From assembly GCA_963745835.1 (NCBI GenBank), contig CAVUZH010000018.1, positions 352,001 to 416,000 on the forward strand: a stretch of DNA of 64,000 nt, read 5' to 3'. The translations under genes and the position numbers were made by a program. The notes under the pieces are model-generated. The model saw only the letters and a list, made by a program, of their open reading frames with translations, was not told the DNA's origin and did not search any database. Positions 42,557 through 53,027 of this stretch are shown here, one piece after another. The DNA comes from an uncultured delta proteobacterium (lineage in GTDB: Bacteria > Desulfobacterota > Binatia > UBA9968). How positions within the stretch are numbered: the first letter of the stretch is position 1; the number at the start of each line of letters is the position of its first letter.

Positions 42557-45263
42557 ATGAGCACCACTGTTCGCGTCGCGTTCCAAGGAACAAAAACACG
42601 GCGATCAAATTTATTGGTTGTACCGGCGCTGTGCGCGCTGCTTATTTTCGCGGCCGCAACCCTGGCGAGCGGCGCGGATAGCGACCGGCCCAAGAGAGTC
42701 TTGATCATTTCCACCGGAAGCCGGCTGGCGCCGGGTTTCATGCTCGTGGACCAGCAATTGACCCAAGCGTTGGCGAAAGTCCCGACGCCTATCGAAACCT
42801 ATGCGGAGAATCTCGATATCGGTCGATTTCCCACGGAACGGTTTGGGCGAATTTTTAGCGACTATCTAACAGAAAAATACGCCGAGCAGCCTCCCGACCT
42901 GATCATATTAGTGTACGTCGGCAACTTGGGGATTGCCGGGAAGTTGTTGCAGCAACGATTTCCAGGAACGCCTGTGGTCGTTGCGGGGTTCACAGAAGAA
43001 GAAGTTGGCAGGGATCAGTTTGGTCCGCTTGTCAGTGGCGTAGCGCAACGGGTCGATCCCCGCGCGACCCTGGATCTCATCGTCCGTCTACAACCCGAGA
43101 CCCGCCGCATCGTCGTCATTGCTGGCACGGCGGAGGTCGACCGTCACGTCCTTGACCGTGTGAAAGAGGCTGCGCGCTCGTTTGAGGGGCGGATCGAGTT
43201 CGATTTCTGGGACAATCGCCCATTGGCTGAATTGCGTCAGGCCGTAGCAGTTTTGCCAGCACAAACTGCCATTCTCTTTGCCAGGATGTTTCGTGACGGC
43301 TCAGGTCGGCCGGTTATTTCCGCGGAGATGGGCCGGTCGATTGCTCAGTGGGCCAACGTTCCCGTGTATGTCATGACGGAGACGACTTTAGGCACAGGCG
43401 CCGTGGGTGGATCGGTGGCGAGTCTCGAGGCTTTCGGCAAACGGGCGGGCGAGCTGGCGCGCCTCATTTTAACCAGCAAGTCGCCAGCGTCTTTGCCGTT
43501 CGAAATCCGCACAGAGAGTGTGCCGATGTTCGATTGGCGCGCGCTCAAACGCTGGGGCATCAGTGAAAACCGTCTGCCTGCCGGGCAGCGTCGTACGAGT
43601 TCAAACCGCAGTCATGTGGGAACAATATCATTGGTACATTATCGCTGCGCTATCATCATTCTTGTGCTGCAGGCGGCGATGATCGCCGAATTGCTGCTGC
43701 AGCCTCGCGCCGGCGCCGGGTGCGAAGCGGAGCTGCGAGAGAGTCAGCAATTGATGGAACTTGCTGCCAGTGCCGGCGAAGTTGGGACTGTGGTCGCGTA
43801 ATTTGACCGATGGTAAGTTTCTGGGCCAATGCACCATGCCGGTCTCTGTATGGCTTCGGCGCGCATGATGCACTCCGGTTCGATGACATGCGTGTCGCGT
43901 GTGCATCCCGATGATCGAGCCCGTATGATCTCTGAGGTCGAGCGTGCGCACAAGCGGCCGGGCTGCCATTTCAAGGAGAGTTTCGCACTGTCCTTCGCCG
44001 AACGGTGATGAACGGTGGGTGTTAGCGAAGGGCCGCATGACAACTGATCGAGCCGGCGGCGACGGGATGGGCGGAGGACTCGGTGTCCATTGGATATCAC
44101 CGAGCGCAAGCGCGCGGAGGAAGCACTGGAAGAGGAGCGGTCATTTCTCCGCCAGGTCATCGACATCGAGCCGAACTTTATCTTTGCTAAAGACCGTGAA
44201 GGGCGATTCACACTGGCGAATCGAGCGGTGGCCGATGCCTACGGCACCACAGTTGAAAACTTGATCGGTAAAACCGACGCGGATTTCAATCGCAATGCCG
44301 AGCAAGTCGAGTCCTTCAAGCGCGAAGGATCTAGAGGTGATCGACACATTGCAGGAGCGCTTCATAGCGGAAGAGCAAATCACGGATTCCCGAGGGAGAG
44401 TGCGCTGGCTCCAAACAGTGAAGCGCCCGATCATTCAAAGCGACGGTTCGGCGAAGCAAGTCCTGGGCGCATCCACCGATATAACCCGGCGCAAAGAAAC
44501 CGAATTAGAACTGCAGGAACAGCGTGCGGAGCTGGCTCACGTAGCGCGCGTCTCAATGATGGGCGAGCTTGCGGCATCGCTTGCCCACGAGTTGAACCAG
44601 CCGCTCACCGCGATTCTCAGTAACGCCCAAGCCGCTCTCCGTTTTATGTCGAGCAAACCGGCCGACCTGGAAGAGGTGCGCGAGATTCTCCAGGACATTG
44701 TCAGTGATAATAGCCGTGCCGGCGAGGTTATCCGCCGTATGCGGGCGCTGGTAAAGAAGGAAGAACTCGAGTTCGCAACGCTGGATATCGCGAGCCTCGT
44801 TCGCGATGTCATGGCCTTGGTGCACAGCGATGCGATTCTCCAAAACGTTCGAATCTCACTCGAACTTGAAGACAACCTGCCGCCGGTGCGGGGCGATCGA
44901 GTGCAGCTGCAGCAGGTCGTGCTCAATATCATGTTGAATGCGTTTGATGCGATGAAGCAATGTCCGGCGAGCGAGCGCAAGGTCAAATTGCAGGCGGGGG
45001 CTCATGGCCTCGAGTCAATCAAGGTAGCTGTGACGGACTGCGGAACTGGTCTGAGCGGCGACAATCTGGACAAAATTTTTCAACCCTTTTACACGAGCAA
45101 AAAAGATGGCCTCGGTATCGGGCTGTCGATCTGTCGATCGATTGTCGAAGCCCACGGCGGACGTCTCTGGGCGGAGAACAACAACGGTGCGGGTGCAACC
45201 TTTTACTTCACCCTACCCGTGGGAGGAGGCGGCAAGCAGCCATCAGTGAACGATCATCAGTAA
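42557..45263 (+). pseudogene. Sensor histidine kinase (periplasmic SBP-like sensor, TM, PAS x2, HisKA/HATPase), multiply frameshifted 43580-44330
   Basis: Fragments 42557-43801, 44090-44330 and 44295-45263; H-box GELAASLAHELNQPLTAILSNAQAA identical to the kinase at 12451; may be intact in vivo if indels are errors. Confidence 0.78.
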
Positions 45264-45315
45264 ACAGTAGACACACAGCGCGACAAAACCTCCCCTTCCC
45301 CCCTTCTCCCCCGCC

Positions 45316-45333
45316 ATTGGACCAAAGTCCAAT
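45316..45333 (+). promoter_or_regulatory. Palindromic regulator box 5 (ATTGGACCAAAGTCCAAT)
   Basis: Followed by ATAC; TAGAGT -10-like at 45356-61; upstream of single-domain REC gene. Confidence 0.82.
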
Positions 45334-45383
45334 ATACACGCTTTCCTGCCGTCGCTAGAGTCGGTTTTCAGCACGATTACACG

Positions 45384-45812
45384 ATGTATTTTATTAATGC
45401 TGGCGACAACTGCGGACAGGTCAATGCCTTGACAGAATCCAAGCCCCTGATCGCTATCGTAGATGATGATGAATCTGTTTGCCGCGCGCTGAGACGGCTG
45501 CTGCGGTCGTTGACTATGGACGCAGAAACCTTCAGCTCGGGGCAAGAACTTCTCGATTCACTTGATGCGACGCCTTCATTTCAGCCCGACTGTTTGGTTG
45601 TCGATGTGCAAATGCCGGGAATGAACGGCTTTGACGTGCAGGATCGGCTCACCACGGCCGGCAGCACGATCCCATTGATTTTTATCACGGCGCACGACCA
45701 GGTCGGAGTCCGTGAGAAGGCACTGGCCGCCGGGGCGGTGGCCTTCTTGCGTAAGCCCATCGGCGATGAATTGCTCATAGAGACGTTGCGTGAAGCCCTG
45801 AAAAGCAAGTGA
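45384..45812 (+). CDS. Single-domain response regulator (receiver only)
   Basis: IVDDDES, VDVQMPGMNG, FITAH, FLRKP; start may be ~45420. Confidence 0.9.
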   Translation: MYFINAGDNCGQVNALTESKPLIAIVDDDESVCRALRRLLRSLTMDAETFSSGQELLDSLDATPSFQPDCLVVDVQMPGMNGFDVQDRLTTAGSTIPLIFITAHDQVGVREKALAAGAVAFLRKPIGDELLIETLREALKSK

Positions 45813-46215
45813 TCCGGCAGCATCAAATCGATCCGGACGTCTCGAAAACAGGAAACCCGAATACTGGAACAACATTTTTTATCGAATTACGAGCTTGCTG
45901 GGGGCGGATAAGGTTTACGTTCAAGGGCCTGAACGATTGTTCCGGAAACCGGCTGCCCAAGCTGGGTTTGGTGGTGCGTGGAGGACGGGCGCGGTGAATA
46001 CGGTGCGGTGTCAACATAGTCGTTTTGCCCAGTGGGACCAATGAAGCCGGAACTCGATAACCTGGGGCCCGCGCGGGTTAAATCAAGATGAAGAAACCCG
46101 GCCATCGAAACGGATGTAAGACTTAGAAAGCCATGAAGCGGAGATACGAAAATCCTCCTGATCAGTCCGTTGGATGGGTTGCGTCTATAACCACGGCGGA
46201 AGAAGAAGGTTCACG

Positions 46216-47543
46216 ATGAAGGCGAAAGTTGGTACACGGCTGTTGGCCTGGCTTATGGTCGCGCTTCTCACGGTCCCGTCGGGTTCTCTGGGCCAGGAGC
46301 CGCAGGCTGGAGCAGTCTTCAGGCCGGAAGAATTGGAGCAGGTTTTGGCGCCGATCGCGCTGTATCCGGATCCACTGGTTTCGCAAATCTTGATGGCATC
46401 GACCTATCCGCTGGAGGTCGCGATCGCCGACCGCTGGACAAAACAAAACAGCAGCCTTAAGGGCGACGCGTTAACCAAGGCACTTGAAGCGCAAGACTGG
46501 GATGCGAGTGTAAAGTCGCTGGTGAACTTTCCTCAGGTGCTCACAATGATGAGCGACAAGCTCGACTGGACGCAAAAAATGGGGGATGCCTTTTTGCAGG
46601 ATCAAAAAAAGGTCTTGGATACGATCCAGAGCCTGCGCGCCAAAGCACAGGCGTCCGGGAATCTCCAGACGACCAAAGAACAAACCGTAATCGTCGAAGA
46701 GAAGATTATAAAGATCGAACCGGCTAGTCCTCAAGTCGTTTACGTACCGACATATAACCCTACGGTCGTGTATGGCGCGTGGCCCTACCCGGCTTATCCG
46801 CCGTATTCCTACTATCCGCCCGGATACGTAGCTACGACCGCTGCGTTTTCCTTTGCAGCGGGCGTGGCCATGGGCGCGGCGTGGGGCTACGCCTGGGGTG
46901 GCTGCAACTGGAACGGGGGCGATGTCGATGTCGACGTCAACCGCAACACGACTATTAATAACAATATCAACCGAGACCAAGCCAAGCAGAAGCTCCAGGA
47001 AAGGGGACAGGCTAATCAAGCAGGACAGGGAAAATGGCAGCACAATCCGGAAAATCGCAAAGGCGTTTCCTATAGGGACCAGGGAACGGCAGAAAAATAC
47101 AACAGAGCAAGTAGCAATGATGCGGTCAAGTCAAGGGAGGAGTTTCGCGGACGGTCGGACCAGGGGAGACAAGACCTTGCCCGCGATGGAGGCGGAGATC
47201 GCGGCGGGGTTGGAGACCGAGGTGGGGTTGGAGATCGCGGCGGAGCGGGCGGTCAAGGAGGAGTTGGCGATCGCGGAGGTGCCGGAGATCGCGGTGGCGC
47301 CGGCGATCGTGGAGGGCCGGGTGATCGAAGTGGCCCGAGTCAAGTCGCCAGCAGTGGTGGGGCCAGTAGAGGCGGCGCCGGAAGCGGGGCCGGCGCCTTT
47401 GAAGGCGTCGATCGCGGTGGTAGCGCAGCGCGTAGCGCCAGCGAGCGCGGCAGCGCCAGCCGCGGAAGCTCTGGCGGCGGTGGGGCAAGGGCGGTGGGGG
47501 CGGCGGCGCGAGAGGTGGAGGCGGCGGGGGACGACGAAGATAG
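46216..47543 (+). CDS. DUF3300 family exported protein with Gly/Arg-rich tail (probable frameshift ~47489)
   Basis: LAPIALYPDPL..QILMASTYPLE, WDASVKSL..FP.VL, YVP.YNP.VVYG.W; adding one G restores GARGGGGGGARGGGGGGRRR* ending at 47543. Confidence 0.86.
47188..47335 (+). repeat. Degenerate 18-bp coding tandem repeat (GDRGGx)n
   Basis: GGDRGGVGDRGGVGDRGGAGGQGGVGDRGGAGDRGGAGDRGGPGDR. Confidence 0.8.
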
Positions 47544-47703
47544 ATTATTTCCGTGGCCGGGCTGTCAGGTTTCGGGTTGGAAAAATGGAACACTGGAAGG
47601 ATGGAACGTGGAAGGATGAATTAAATGAAATACCGGTGTTCCGGTGTTAGCGTCGGCCTTAGGAAGCTGCGATGCTTGCGCTCATTTTCAGATGGGGGAA
47701 AAG

Positions 47704-48669
47704 ATGGAATTTTCGAAGTTGCGCGCAAATAAGAAGAAATCGATCCGACAGCGCGTTCGTCTGACACTTTACACTGCGGTGATCCTGACGTTCGTATGCG
47801 CCGCAACGTCCTTTGTGGCGCTCGCCCAGCAAAAGAGTTTCTCCTCGGCCGAAGAGGCTGTCGAAGCCGCGGTGACGGCGGCGCGAAATAACAACGAGAA
47901 GGAGATGCTGGCGATTTTTGGCGCTCAAGCGAAAGGACTATTGTTTTCGGCCGATCCCGTTGCCGACAAACATAGGCGCGAGGAGTTTCTTGATGCCTAT
48001 GCCGAAAGTCACCGGCTCGTCAGCGAAGGGCAACACACGATTTTGCTCGTGGGCAAGCAGGATTGGCCCTTACCGATCCCCCTCGTGAAAAGAGGTAACG
48101 CCTGGATTTTCGATACCGAGGAAGGCAAGGAGGAGATTCTAAACCGGAGGATCGGCGAGAACGAGCTGTACACGATCAAAACATTGCTGGCGGTTGTCGA
48201 TGCCCAGCGCGAGTACGCGATGGAAGACCGCGACCGCGATGGCCTTTTGGAGTATGCGCAGAAATTCGTAAGCGACCCCGGCAAAAAAAATGGCTTGTAC
48301 TGGGAGGCGAAGCCCGGGGAACGACAGAGTCCTCTGGGACCAATCATGGCGCGGGCGCGAAGCGAGGGCTATAAAGGACAGGCGTCAACCACGGCGCCTC
48401 CCTATCACGGCTACTATTACAGAATCTTAACAACGCAGGGTAAGAACGCGCCCGGCGGCGCTTACAGCTATCTTGTGAAAGGCAAAATGATTGGCGGCTT
48501 TGCCGTGGTTGCCTATCCGGCGGAGTACGGGAACTCCGGTGTGATGACCTTCGTCGTCAACCACGATGGCAATGTCTTTCAGAAGAACCTGGGTAAAAAC
48601 ACCGTCGCAACCGGCAAGAGCATGAAAGAATACAATGTCGATCCAACATGGAGCGAAGTTAAGGAGTGA
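47704..48669 (+). CDS. DUF2950 family protein
   Basis: W.LPIPLVK....W.FD...G.EEI..RRIG.NE, GLYW, PYHGYYYRIL, YG.SGVMTF.V; typical partner of DUF3300. Confidence 0.88.
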   Translation: MEFSKLRANKKKSIRQRVRLTLYTAVILTFVCAATSFVALAQQKSFSSAEEAVEAAVTAARNNNEKEMLAIFGAQAKGLLFSADPVADKHRREEFLDAYAESHRLVSEGQHTILLVGKQDWPLPIPLVKRGNAWIFDTEEGKEEILNRRIGENELYTIKTLLAVVDAQREYAMEDRDRDGLLEYAQKFVSDPGKKNGLYWEAKPGERQSPLGPIMARARSEGYKGQASTTAPPYHGYYYRILTTQGKNAPGGAYSYLVKGKMIGGFAVVAYPAEYGNSGVMTFVVNHDGNVFQKNLGKNTVATGKSMKEYNVDPTWSEVKE

Positions 48670-48699
48670 CGGGAAATAAAAGCCAGGTGCCGTGGGTCA

Positions 48700-49233
48700 G
48701 TGTTACTACCCGAGAGTCTTACCAGTGCAAATATCCGGGAAGAATCCCGGCGAAAGGGTGCAAGATTGTCAACGCAGTCGATCGGATCGAAGAAACAGAC
48801 TGGGCAAAGCTTCAGACGCAAACCGTTGCTTGTATGCGGTTTATTGAAAGCGCAGCGAGCTATACAATTTCACTCGGTCTGCGGATGGTTCCAGCGAGTC
48901 GGCGCGTCGCTTGCGGTGATCATGGTCAGCGGCTGGGTGCTCGCAGGGTGCGTTGTTTACGAGCCGCCGCCGGCTCCGCCGCCTAGCCCGTTTGATCGTG
49001 CCTGGAACGCAGCACTAGGCGCAACGCAAGATGAAGGTGTGCGGGTGACCTCTGCAGACCGAGGAAGCGGAGTGATCAGAGGTTCTCGAGACCAGCAAGA
49101 GGTAACAATCAACATGCAGACTCAGGCCGATGGCAGCGTGCGCGTCGAGATGAGCGCACGCGGTCCGAAGGGAGCTGACCCGGGACTCGCCGATAGGATA
49201 TCGCGCGCCTACGACAGGCGCATGGGCCGGTGA
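48700..49233 (+). CDS. Putative lipoprotein
   Basis: Lipobox LAGC then FDRAWNAALGA.QDEGV; true start probably later than ORF start. Confidence 0.62.
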   Translation: MLLPESLTSANIREESRRKGARLSTQSIGSKKQTGQSFRRKPLLVCGLLKAQRAIQFHSVCGWFQRVGASLAVIMVSGWVLAGCVVYEPPPAPPPSPFDRAWNAALGATQDEGVRVTSADRGSGVIRGSRDQQEVTINMQTQADGSVRVEMSARGPKGADPGLADRISRAYDRRMGR

Positions 49234-49242
49234 TAAACGAGG

Positions 49243-49275
49243 TTAACGGAGCGACTCTCGGAGTTGCTCCGTTAA
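49243..49275. terminator. Hairpin, probable terminator
   Basis: ttaacggagcgactc-tcg-gagttgctccgttaa 15-bp stem just after stop. Confidence 0.62.
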
Positions 49276-49339
49276 GCACCTTTCGAGCTTTTTCAGGCCT
49301 CGAACGCTTCACGAATACTCGAAGTACCTGCCCCTCTTA

Positions 49340-49356
49340 ATTGGACCAAGGTCCAA
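49340..49356 (+). promoter_or_regulatory. Palindromic regulator box 6 (ATTGGACCAAGGTCCAA)
   Basis: GCTACAAAT -10-like at 49377-85; ~109 bp upstream of ATG 49465. Confidence 0.8.
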
Positions 49357-49464
49357 CAGGCGGCCATTTAACTCCCGCTACAAATCCTTCTCAAGCAAAA
49401 TCGGTATTCCAGCGCGGATTAGTGATGATGCTCAGTTCGGCAGCTTTAATGGAGGTGAATAGAA

Positions 49465-49908
49465 ATGAATAACTATCTCTTTAGATCAGCACGCGTCGTG
49501 TTGGTACTTGCCGTGATGCTCGCCGTTCCGGCTCCGCAGCTTTACGCGATCGACAGCAGCAACCGTTACTTCGCCTATGGGTTAGGGCAACGAAGCTGCG
49601 AGGACTACGTCAAGTTCAGAGAGAAAAAGCTCGAGACCCTGGCGCGAAAACACGAGCGTTACACACAGGAGGAGCTGTACGAGATCGTCGATAAGATCGT
49701 CGAGCACTGGATCGCTGGATTTCTCACCGCCCACAATCTCTACGTCAGCGATACTTATGATGTCGTGGGAAACTCCAATATGGATGATCTAAAAGCCCGG
49801 TTGGAGAAGAGTTGCCGGGCAAACAGCAAGCAATATTTCGCCGAGGCTGTGATAACCCTCGTGCAATCGCTACATCCCCAACGAGTCAAGGTGGATAGCG
49901 GAAAATGA
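49465..49908 (+). CDS. Secreted helical hypothetical protein with two Cys
   Basis: RBS GGAGG, signal peptide, G.GQRSC...WIAGFLTA.N...C. Confidence 0.72.
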   Translation: MNNYLFRSARVVLVLAVMLAVPAPQLYAIDSSNRYFAYGLGQRSCEDYVKFREKKLETLARKHERYTQEELYEIVDKIVEHWIAGFLTAHNLYVSDTYDVVGNSNMDDLKARLEKSCRANSKQYFAEAVITLVQSLHPQRVKVDSGK

Positions 49909-49974
49909 GTGTCAGATTTTCGGGTCTCAGGATTCTGAGTTGACGAAGATTTATCGAACGGTAAGGAGCGAGAG

Positions 49975-50310
49975 ATGAAGAAAACTGCCACGCCCATCGG
50001 CGCGATCTTATTAATCATGTTTTTTTCCGGTTGCTCCGAGCCGCTGACGACTCGCGAAAAGGGCGCTGCCATCGGCACTGTCGGAGGCGCCGGTCTGGGT
50101 GCGATCATCGGTAGCGCTACTGGCAATGCGGGCGCCGGCGCGGGAATTGGCGCGGCCGTGGGACTACTCGGCGGAGCCGTGATCGGTGACCAGATGCAAT
50201 CCCGGCAGAAGCAGGACGAAGAACTGCAACGGCGTATAGCGGCGCAGCAAGCTGAAATCGACAGGCAAGAACGGGAGCTGAACCAACTCAAAGCGCAGCA
50301 GGCCCGGTAA
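49975..50310 (+). CDS. Glycine-zipper lipoprotein with coiled-coil tail
   Basis: Lipobox FSGC, GAAIG..GGAGLGAIIG..GAGIGAAVG. Confidence 0.82.
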   Translation: MKKTATPIGAILLIMFFSGCSEPLTTREKGAAIGTVGGAGLGAIIGSATGNAGAGAGIGAAVGLLGGAVIGDQMQSRQKQDEELQRRIAAQQAEIDRQERELNQLKAQQAR

Positions 50311-50412
50311 CATGAAGACACTCCTACTCGAGCAATTCGGATCTTGGATCTCGGCCCCCTTCATGATCCTCGCCACGGTCAAGAAGACCGATCTCATTGC
50401 AACGTTGGCTCT

Positions 50413-50432
50413 TATTGGACCAAGGTCCAATA
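50413..50432 (+). promoter_or_regulatory. Palindromic regulator box 7 (TATTGGACCAAGGTCCAATA)
   Basis: Perfect arms; GCTAGAAG -10-like at 50452-59. Confidence 0.82.
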
Positions 50433-50574
50433 TAAACCCTCTTCAAAGTTCGCTAGAAGCATCTCGTGTATTGTGGCGTGGCGTCACTCGAAGTGTCGCA
50501 CAACGTGGCTGCGAAAGTTTTTATGTGGCTTGTGCGGAAGCTATGCTCGTGACTTTTCGGGCTGGGAGAAAACA

Positions 50575-51030
50575 GTGGATCGCACGGTAATCGGGTCCTT
50601 ATTCGTGGCGAGTCTTTTGCTGCTCTTAAATGTTTCATCTGCTCCTGCGCAGGTGCCGGATGGCACACTAAAGATAACTGCCAGATCGGTCGCGCCGGGG
50701 GTCGGGCTCTCATGGGGCGAAGGCGTGTTGACCTATAAAGATCAGGATTATCCTTTCACATTCGAGGCGAAAGGGCTTTTTCGAGATGTCGATGACAAGA
50801 TTACAGCTGCAGAGCTCTCCGGTGAGGTTTTCAATTTGAAAAGTCTGGCAGTCTTTAGCGGCACGTACCACAAGGATGAAGCGGATACTTCAGATCTGGC
50901 TGGCGGCAGTCGAGCCATAATGAAGAATCTCAATGGTGTGGTTGTAAACCTGGTGTCGACGGTTGAAGGCCGCAAGTTCATTCTTGGCCGTGATGGCATC
51001 ACTATAAAACTCAAAGAGCACAAACCCTGA
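50575..51030 (+). CDS. Secreted DUF1134/EipA-like beta-domain protein
   Basis: GTG start with GGGAG RBS, signal peptide; GVGLSWGEGVLTYKDQDYPF...G.VFNLKSL..FSGTY. Confidence 0.72.
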   Translation: MDRTVIGSLFVASLLLLLNVSSAPAQVPDGTLKITARSVAPGVGLSWGEGVLTYKDQDYPFTFEAKGLFRDVDDKITAAELSGEVFNLKSLAVFSGTYHKDEADTSDLAGGSRAIMKNLNGVVVNLVSTVEGRKFILGRDGITIKLKEHKP

Positions 51031-51140
51031 GAAGGGCGCCGATCGGAGAAATATCGATTCGGTTGCAACTCTCCTTGCGCAACTCACCGATGAGACGAGT
51101 TTGATTTGCAAAGATACACGACCATGCGGAGGCAGCAACC

Positions 51141-52844
51141 ATGGATCCGCTTGTTAAAGCGTTGCAGCAAAATCCGGAACTGGCCATCTTTCTCACACTC
51201 GCCATCGGTTTTTCGCTCGGCCGCGTTAAGATCGGCAGCTTCAGCTTGGGAACTGTCGTTGGCACTCTTTTCGCCGGTGTATTGGTCGGACAGCTCGATA
51301 TCAAAGTTCCATCACTGGTAAAGACCGTCTTTTTTGATCTCTTTCTCTTTACGACCGGCTACAAAGTCGGACCGCAATTTTTTCGCGGCCTCAAGGGCGA
51401 CGCACTGCCTCAGATGGCGCTCACGTTAGTCCTCTGCACAACCTGTCTTGCGACGGCTTTCTTCGCGGCCAAGCTCCTTGGCTACGACATCGGTACGACA
51501 GCCGGCTTGCTGGCGGGAGCTTTTACCGAATCGACTGTGATCGGTACGGCGGGAGATGCGATCAATCGGCTGGCGATTTCAGCGGAAGAGAAAAGCCGCC
51601 TTTTAAATAATATTCCCGTTGCTTATGCGGTTACTTACCTCGTCGGAACCACGGCGGTTGTCTGGTTCCTTCCGAAAATTGGACCGAAGTTAATGGGGGT
51701 AAACCTCAAGGATGAGGCCAAGAAGATGCAGGCCCAAGTGTCGGGTGGAGTGGAGGCACAGCCTGGTATCATATCTGCCTCCCGCTCCTTCGATGTACGC
51801 GCCTATCGCGTAACCAACGAAAAACTTTTTAACAAAACCATCGCCGAGCTCGAGGCGATGCCTCAGGAGGTCAGAGTTTTCATTCAGCGCATCCGCCGCG
51901 AGGGCGCAATCATTGAACCCGAACCCCAGACGGTTATTCGCCAAGGCGATGTCATCGCAGTGATGGCGAGGCCTGAGGTTCTGGTCGAGCGCAGCAGCGT
52001 CGTGGGACCTGAGATCGACGACAAAGGGCTGCTCGATTTCCCCATTGAGGTGCTCGATGTTGTAATGACAAATAAAACTCTCGTCGATAAGACCCTCGAC
52101 AAACTATCGAAATCGGAGCCGTGGCGAACGCATTTTCGCGGGGTCTTTTTGCGTAAGCTCACACGCGCGGGACAAGAGATGCCGATTACTCGCACGACGC
52201 AAGTCGAACGCGGCGACGTGTTGAGTCTGGTGGGTGCCAAAGGCGATGTCGATCGTGCCGTCGCCGTCCTGGGTTATGCCGACTGGCCAACCAGCGCCAC
52301 GGACATGATCTTCGTCGGCACCGGTATCTTTGTCGGCGGGCTCGTCGGTCTTCTTACTGTCACCGTCGCCGGCCTCCCAATTACGCTTACGGCCAGCGGC
52401 GGCGCCCTCATCATGGGGCTGGTCTTCGGCTGGCTACGATCCATGTTCCCCGTGTTCGGCCGCATACCCGAAGCTGCTATGTGGGTTTTCGACATGGTCG
52501 GGTTGAGCGTTTTCATCGGCGTAGTCGGCCTGAGCGCAGGGCCGAGCTTTATTGCCGGGCTTCAGGAGTCCGGCATTAGCCTTGTCTTCGTAGGTTTTGT
52601 CGCGGCGTTGCTCCCTCACGCCGTGGCCATTCTCTTCGGTCGATATGTCTTGAAGATGAATCCGGTGATCCTATTGGGTGCCTGCTCGGGGGCCGGCACG
52701 ATGACGGCTGCATTGCGCGCGATCCAAGACGAGGCGCAGAGCAAGTTGCCCGCTTTGGGCTATACGGTGCCTTACGCTGTCGGCAACATTATTCTCACTG
52801 CTTGGGGACCGGTCATCGTCGCTTTGATGTCGGTTGGGAAGTGA
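51141..52844 (+). CDS. aspT: Aspartate:alanine antiporter (AAE family, two TrkA-C domains)
   Basis: PELAIFLTLAIG, FLFTTGYKVGPQFF, AYAVTYL.G, PALGYTVPYAVGN. Confidence 0.88.
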   Translation: MDPLVKALQQNPELAIFLTLAIGFSLGRVKIGSFSLGTVVGTLFAGVLVGQLDIKVPSLVKTVFFDLFLFTTGYKVGPQFFRGLKGDALPQMALTLVLCTTCLATAFFAAKLLGYDIGTTAGLLAGAFTESTVIGTAGDAINRLAISAEEKSRLLNNIPVAYAVTYLVGTTAVVWFLPKIGPKLMGVNLKDEAKKMQAQVSGGVEAQPGIISASRSFDVRAYRVTNEKLFNKTIAELEAMPQEVRVFIQRIRREGAIIEPEPQTVIRQGDVIAVMARPEVLVERSSVVGPEIDDKGLLDFPIEVLDVVMTNKTLVDKTLDKLSKSEPWRTHFRGVFLRKLTRAGQEMPITRTTQVERGDVLSLVGAKGDVDRAVAVLGYADWPTSATDMIFVGTGIFVGGLVGLLTVTVAGLPITLTASGGALIMGLVFGWLRSMFPVFGRIPEAAMWVFDMVGLSVFIGVVGLSAGPSFIAGLQESGISLVFVGFVAALLPHAVAILFGRYVLKMNPVILLGACSGAGTMTAALRAIQDEAQSKLPALGYTVPYAVGNIILTAWGPVIVALMSVGK

Positions 52845-53027
52845 ACATTCAATCAGACGCGCGGGAGCAAGGTTATACATAAAGCAAGTCCGTCCATGAG
52901 CGCGATCAATTACTACTCGGCGCGCTGTACGCTATAGCAGGGTCGAAGCAGCATCAAGCCCCAAAGACATCAAGACGATAATAGGTTCATTATCAACTAC
53001 GATTTCCCTTTGATGTGAGGAGGCGCT

